Assembly: GCA_963669175.1 (NCBI GenBank)
Contig: OY769902.1
Coordinates: 5,152,001-5,216,000, forward strand
Direction of reading: 5' to 3'
Length of the DNA: 64,000 nt
DNA from: a bacterium
GTDB taxonomy: Bacteria; Electryoneota; Electryoneia; Electryoneales; Electryoneaceae
In this document: positions 60,390 through 64,000 of the stretch, piece by piece
How the letters are laid out: the number at the start of each line of letters is the position of its first letter
Numbering within the stretch: the first letter of the stretch is position 1
Program-made: the position numbers and the translations under genes
Notes under the pieces: generated by a model
What the model saw: only the letters and a program-made list of their open reading frames with translations
Databases searched by the model: none
What the model was told of the DNA's origin: nothing

Positions 60390-63287
60390 ATGGCGAAGAA
60401 CCCGAAGAGCATTGAGACACTGACACACGAAGAGGCCAAGCGGAAGAACATACCGCCGGCGGAGTACTCGTCGCTGCTGGAGGATAAAGACCAGGCATCG
60501 GTGAGGGTGGCGTATGAGCGTCGGAACCGGGATCTGGACCCGCAGCTTGTGTGGAGGGGCAAGGACGAGCAGGACTGGTCCGACCTAGTTGTGCAAGCTC
60601 CACCATTGTTCATCCAGGAGAAGATTCACCCCAAGGTGTTGATCGACGACCTGAAGGCGGTGGACAGTGACGGCAACAGGGTACGTCTGCCGGACGAGGA
60701 TGATCAGATCGACCTGTTCGGGGATTTCAACGGCATCGCGGACGAGAACGCCAAGACCGAGTTCTACCAGCATGACGCGCACTGGTCCAACAGGATGATC
60801 CTGGGTGATAGCCTGCAGGTGATGGCGTCGCTGGCGGAACGGGAAGGCCTACGCGGCCAAGTTCAGTGCATTTATATCGACCCGCCTTATGGCATCAAGT
60901 TCAATTCGAATTTCCAATGGTCCACCACCACCCGGGACGTAAAAGACGGCAAGGCGGACCATATCACTCGTGAACCTGAACAGGTGAAGGCCTTCCGGGA
61001 TACTTGGCGCGACGGCATTCACTCCTACCTCACCTACCTGCGTGACCGGCTTACCGTTGCACGGGATTTGCTGACGGAATCAGGCTCGGTTTTTGTGCAG
61101 ATTGGAGATGAAAATGTTCATCGAGTACGGGCGATGATGGATGAAATATTTGGAGACAGCAACTTTGTAACATTAATATCAGTTGCAAAAACCAAAGGCG
61201 CTACTTCATTGTTATTACCAAACACATTAGATTATATAATATGGTATTCTAAAAATTATGAACAGTGTAAATATAGAAAATTAGTAACTGTTAAATCGCT
61301 TGGACAAGAAGGAACAAGTAAATACTCTCATGTTGAGTTTCAGGATTTAAAAAAACGCACTATAGAAAAATCTGAGCTTTTTGGCGTTACTAGTTTACCA
61401 AACTCATCAAAATCGTTCTTATACGAAGATTTGACCTCGCAAACTGGTGGGGATACTACCAGATTTTCCATACATTTTGATGGGAGAAAGTTTATACCAT
61501 CTAAAAGAAGGGGTTGGCGAACACACGTTGATGGCATAGAGCGTTTAAGAAAATCATCACGTCTTTTATCGCACACAAATGTATTGATGTTTAAACGTTA
61601 TCTTGAAGACTTTTCAGCTAACTATATGAATAATATTTGGACAGATACATCATCTGGATCAAGTGTCTCAGATCCCAAAGTCTACGTAGTTCAAACTAGA
61701 ACAAAAATTATTGAACGGTGTGTCCTGATGACCACTGATCCCGGCGACTTAGTTCTCGACCCGACTTGTGGGTCAGGTACAACAGCTTACGTTGCCGAGC
61801 AGTGGGGACGCCGGTGGATCACCATTGACACGTCGCGCGTGGCCCTGGCGTTGGCGCGGGCGCGGATCATGGGAGCACGGTATCCCTACTACACACTTGC
61901 CGACAGCCGTGAGGGGCAGCTCAAGGAAGCAGAACTGTCGCGTGCGGAACCGACCACAGCGCCCACGCATGGGGATATCCGGCAGGGTTTTGTGTACGAG
62001 CGTGTTCCCCACATCACCCTTAAATCCATCGCGAATAATGCGGAAATTGATGTGATTTGGGATAAATGGCAGCAGCACATCCAGCCACTCCTCGAGCAGT
62101 TGGGAAAAGTGAGCAGTGGACAGTGGATAGTGGACAGTGGAACGACAGTAGATAGTGACCAGGAGGCAGTGGTCAGTAACACTGACCACAAGCCACTAAC
62201 CACTAACCACTTGGAGGAGTGGGAGGTGCCGCGTGACTTCCCCGAGGAGTGGCCCGAGGACGCCAAGCCGTTGCATGCTGAATTCTGGAAGCTGCGGATT
62301 GCCCGGCAGAAGGAGATCGACGCCTCCATTGCCGCCAAGGCGGACTACGAGTACCTCTACGACAAACCCTACGAGGACAAAAAGAAAGTCCGTGTCGCCG
62401 GGCCGTTCACCGTGGACAGCCTCTCCCCGCACCGCACGTTGACCATGGGACCCGATGACGAACTGATCGACCCCAGCAAGCCCACCAAACAGGCTGAAGG
62501 CGACGATGACGGTTTCGTGGCCATGATCCTGGAAAACCTGCGCACCTCCGGCGTCCAGCAGGTCCACAAGGGCGACAAGATCGAGTTCACGTCACTGACA
62601 CCCTGGCCGGGCAGCTACATCTGCGCAGAAGGCGTATTCCACGAGGGCAACGCGGAAGACGGCACCAAACGGAGGGCTGGAATCTTCATCGGGCCGGAGT
62701 TCGGGACCGTGGATCGGCAACACCTGGTACGCGCCGCGAAAGAGGCTGCCGACGCTGGCTACGATGTCGTGATCGCCTGTGCCTTTAACTTCGACGCCCA
62801 CGCCACCGAGTTCGACAAACTGGGCCGTATCCCCGTGCTGAAGGCCCGCATGAACGCCGACCTGCACATGGCCGAAGACCTGAAGAACACAGGCAAGGGT
62901 AACCTGTTTGTCATCTTCGGTGAACCCGATATCGTGATCAAGGATGCTGAAGGCGGGATGATCCTGGTGCAGGTGAAAGGTGTAGACGTCTTCGATCCGA
63001 GTACAGGCGAGATCCGGAGTGACGATACTGACGGCATCGCCTGCTGGTTCATAGACACGAACTACAATGACGAGAGCTTCTTCGTCCGTCACGCTTACTT
63101 CCTCGGCCAGAACGATCCCTACAAAGCCCTGAAAACGACCCTGAAAGCCGAGATCAACCAGGACGCCTGGGACACGCTGAACAGCGACACCTCCCGGCCG
63201 TTCCCCAAACCCGATACCGGCCGCATAGCTGTCAAGGTCATTAACCACCTCGGGGACGAGGTAATGAAGGTATATCAGGTAAACTAG
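60390..63287 (+). CDS. mod: Type III-like adenine DNA methyltransferase (Mod)
   Basis: 'NRMILGDSL', 'IYIDPPYGI', AT-rich TRD (~61140-61710), 'GDLVLDPTCGSGTT', C-terminal 'RIAVKVINHLGDE'. Confidence 0.93.
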   Translation: MAKNPKSIETLTHEEAKRKNIPPAEYSSLLEDKDQASVRVAYERRNRDLDPQLVWRGKDEQDWSDLVVQAPPLFIQEKIHPKVLIDDLKAVDSDGNRVRLPDEDDQIDLFGDFNGIADENAKTEFYQHDAHWSNRMILGDSLQVMASLAEREGLRGQVQCIYIDPPYGIKFNSNFQWSTTTRDVKDGKADHITREPEQVKAFRDTWRDGIHSYLTYLRDRLTVARDLLTESGSVFVQIGDENVHRVRAMMDEIFGDSNFVTLISVAKTKGATSLLLPNTLDYIIWYSKNYEQCKYRKLVTVKSLGQEGTSKYSHVEFQDLKKRTIEKSELFGVTSLPNSSKSFLYEDLTSQTGGDTTRFSIHFDGRKFIPSKRRGWRTHVDGIERLRKSSRLLSHTNVLMFKRYLEDFSANYMNNIWTDTSSGSSVSDPKVYVVQTRTKIIERCVLMTTDPGDLVLDPTCGSGTTAYVAEQWGRRWITIDTSRVALALARARIMGARYPYYTLADSREGQLKEAELSRAEPTTAPTHGDIRQGFVYERVPHITLKSIANNAEIDVIWDKWQQHIQPLLEQLGKVSSGQWIVDSGTTVDSDQEAVVSNTDHKPLTTNHLEEWEVPRDFPEEWPEDAKPLHAEFWKLRIARQKEIDASIAAKADYEYLYDKPYEDKKKVRVAGPFTVDSLSPHRTLTMGPDDELIDPSKPTKQAEGDDDGFVAMILENLRTSGVQQVHKGDKIEFTSLTPWPGSYICAEGVFHEGNAEDGTKRRAGIFIGPEFGTVDRQHLVRAAKEAADAGYDVVIACAFNFDAHATEFDKLGRIPVLKARMNADLHMAEDLKNTGKGNLFVIFGEPDIVIKDAEGGMILVQVKGVDVFDPSTGEIRSDDTDGIACWFIDTNYNDESFFVRHAYFLGQNDPYKALKTTLKAEINQDAWDTLNSDTSRPFPKPDTGRIAVKVINHLGDEVMKVYQVN
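62108..62211. repeat. In-frame inverted heptamer-repeat insertion in mod
   Basis: AGTGAGC AGTGGAC AGTGGAT AGTGGAC AGTGG ... GTGGTCAGT-AAC-ACTGACCAC ... CCACTAA CCACTAA CCACT. Confidence 0.8.
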
Positions 63288-63308
63288 ACCGAACAAAGGA
63301 AACGGATT

Positions 63309-64000
63309 ATGGCTAAGGAAATCAAGGCTAGAAAGGTGTTTTTAAAGAATGTATTCAAGATGTGGTTTAGAATCCCAAGCTACCAGCGGCCATATGTATG
63401 GGAAAAAGACCAGATCAGTGATTTGCTTGATGATATCACATATGCCCAGAGTAATAGTCCAAACGCTGAGTATTTTCTTGGTTCCTTTGTCTTTCAGTCA
63501 ATTACCGATATCAATGACGACAATCTGCAGGTTGTAGAGAACGATCTTCTAGATGGCCAACAGCGAATCACTACTTTGATTCTCATTTTTGCCGTTATGA
63601 GGGATTTATTTGAAGATAACGAGCGAAAAAAGAAGTGTCAGAACCTACTGTATCAGCAAGCTGACATTGATGAGGGCATTCCAGAGCGTCCCCGGCTGTT
63701 ATACGATATCGATTCGACGACTCCGAAGTTCATTGACCAATATATAACGAATCCTGGGCATACATGTCCAAAAGAGGAATCATATGAATTTGACGCAGAT
63801 GTTTCTAAGTATAAGAATATCACGGTTAAGAATCTTGCTAATGCAATAAAAGTGATTTATGGACTCCTGTGCAAATACGCTCAAGAGGAAATCGTCGAAT
63901 TATTCCAGTACATGCTTAACAAGGTGCTAGTGATATATGTATATACAGAAGATTTGGAAGATGCTTTCCGTCTGTTTACTATCTTGAATGATCGAGGTGT
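63309..64000 (+). CDS. DUF262 (GmrSD/ParB-Srx-like) domain protein, 3'-truncated by window; absent from the ORF track
   Basis: Hand translation: MAKEIKARKVFLKNVFKMWFRIPSYQRPYVW...YFLGSFVF...LLDGQQRITTL...DAFRLFTILNDRG, i.e. the (QR)/DGQQR/F..LN.RG motifs; AAAGGA RBS. Confidence 0.9.
   Translation, partial: MAKEIKARKVFLKNVFKMWFRIPSYQRPYVWEKDQISDLLDDITYAQSNSPNAEYFLGSFVFQSITDINDDNLQVVENDLLDGQQRITTLILIFAVMRDLFEDNERKKKCQNLLYQQADIDEGIPERPRLLYDIDSTTPKFIDQYITNPGHTCPKEESYEFDADVSKYKNITVKNLANAIKVIYGLLCKYAQEEIVELFQYMLNKVLVIYVYTEDLEDAFRLFTILNDRG

Overview
64-kb bacterial chromosomal window, about 50-55% GC by eye with several AT-rich patches. Five secreted proteins end in a 'YPNPFN...SGxYF' T9SS/FlgD-type sorting domain, which suggests an FCB-superphylum organism (inference). 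Housekeeping genes include proS, mutS2, nfo, xth, a glutaredoxin, an isocitrate/isopropylmalate-family dehydrogenase, an LKR/saccharopine dehydrogenase-like enzyme and tRNA-Lys(CTT). There is a probable sphingolipid module (Spt + GNAT ceramide synthase, with an SDR-HIT fusion nearby). Intergenic DNA is full of several palindromic and short-period repeat families and a 476-bp MITE present twice. Highlights: (1) an intact IS1111-type IS110 element (3150-4523) whose bridge/seek RNA can be decoded from the sequence, with target and donor guide loops, a CT core, a junction promoter and an empty paralogous site at 29.7 kb; (2) an AT-rich dcm + double-GHKL histidine kinase + receiver operon with no visible nuclease; (3) a defence island next to tRNA-Lys with a type III-like res/mod pair, in which two cargo blocks are separated by a fused mod5'-res3' remnant, an in-frame heptamer hairpin inside mod, and a DUF262/GmrSD-like gene running off the window end. 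All calls are by eye, without database searches.
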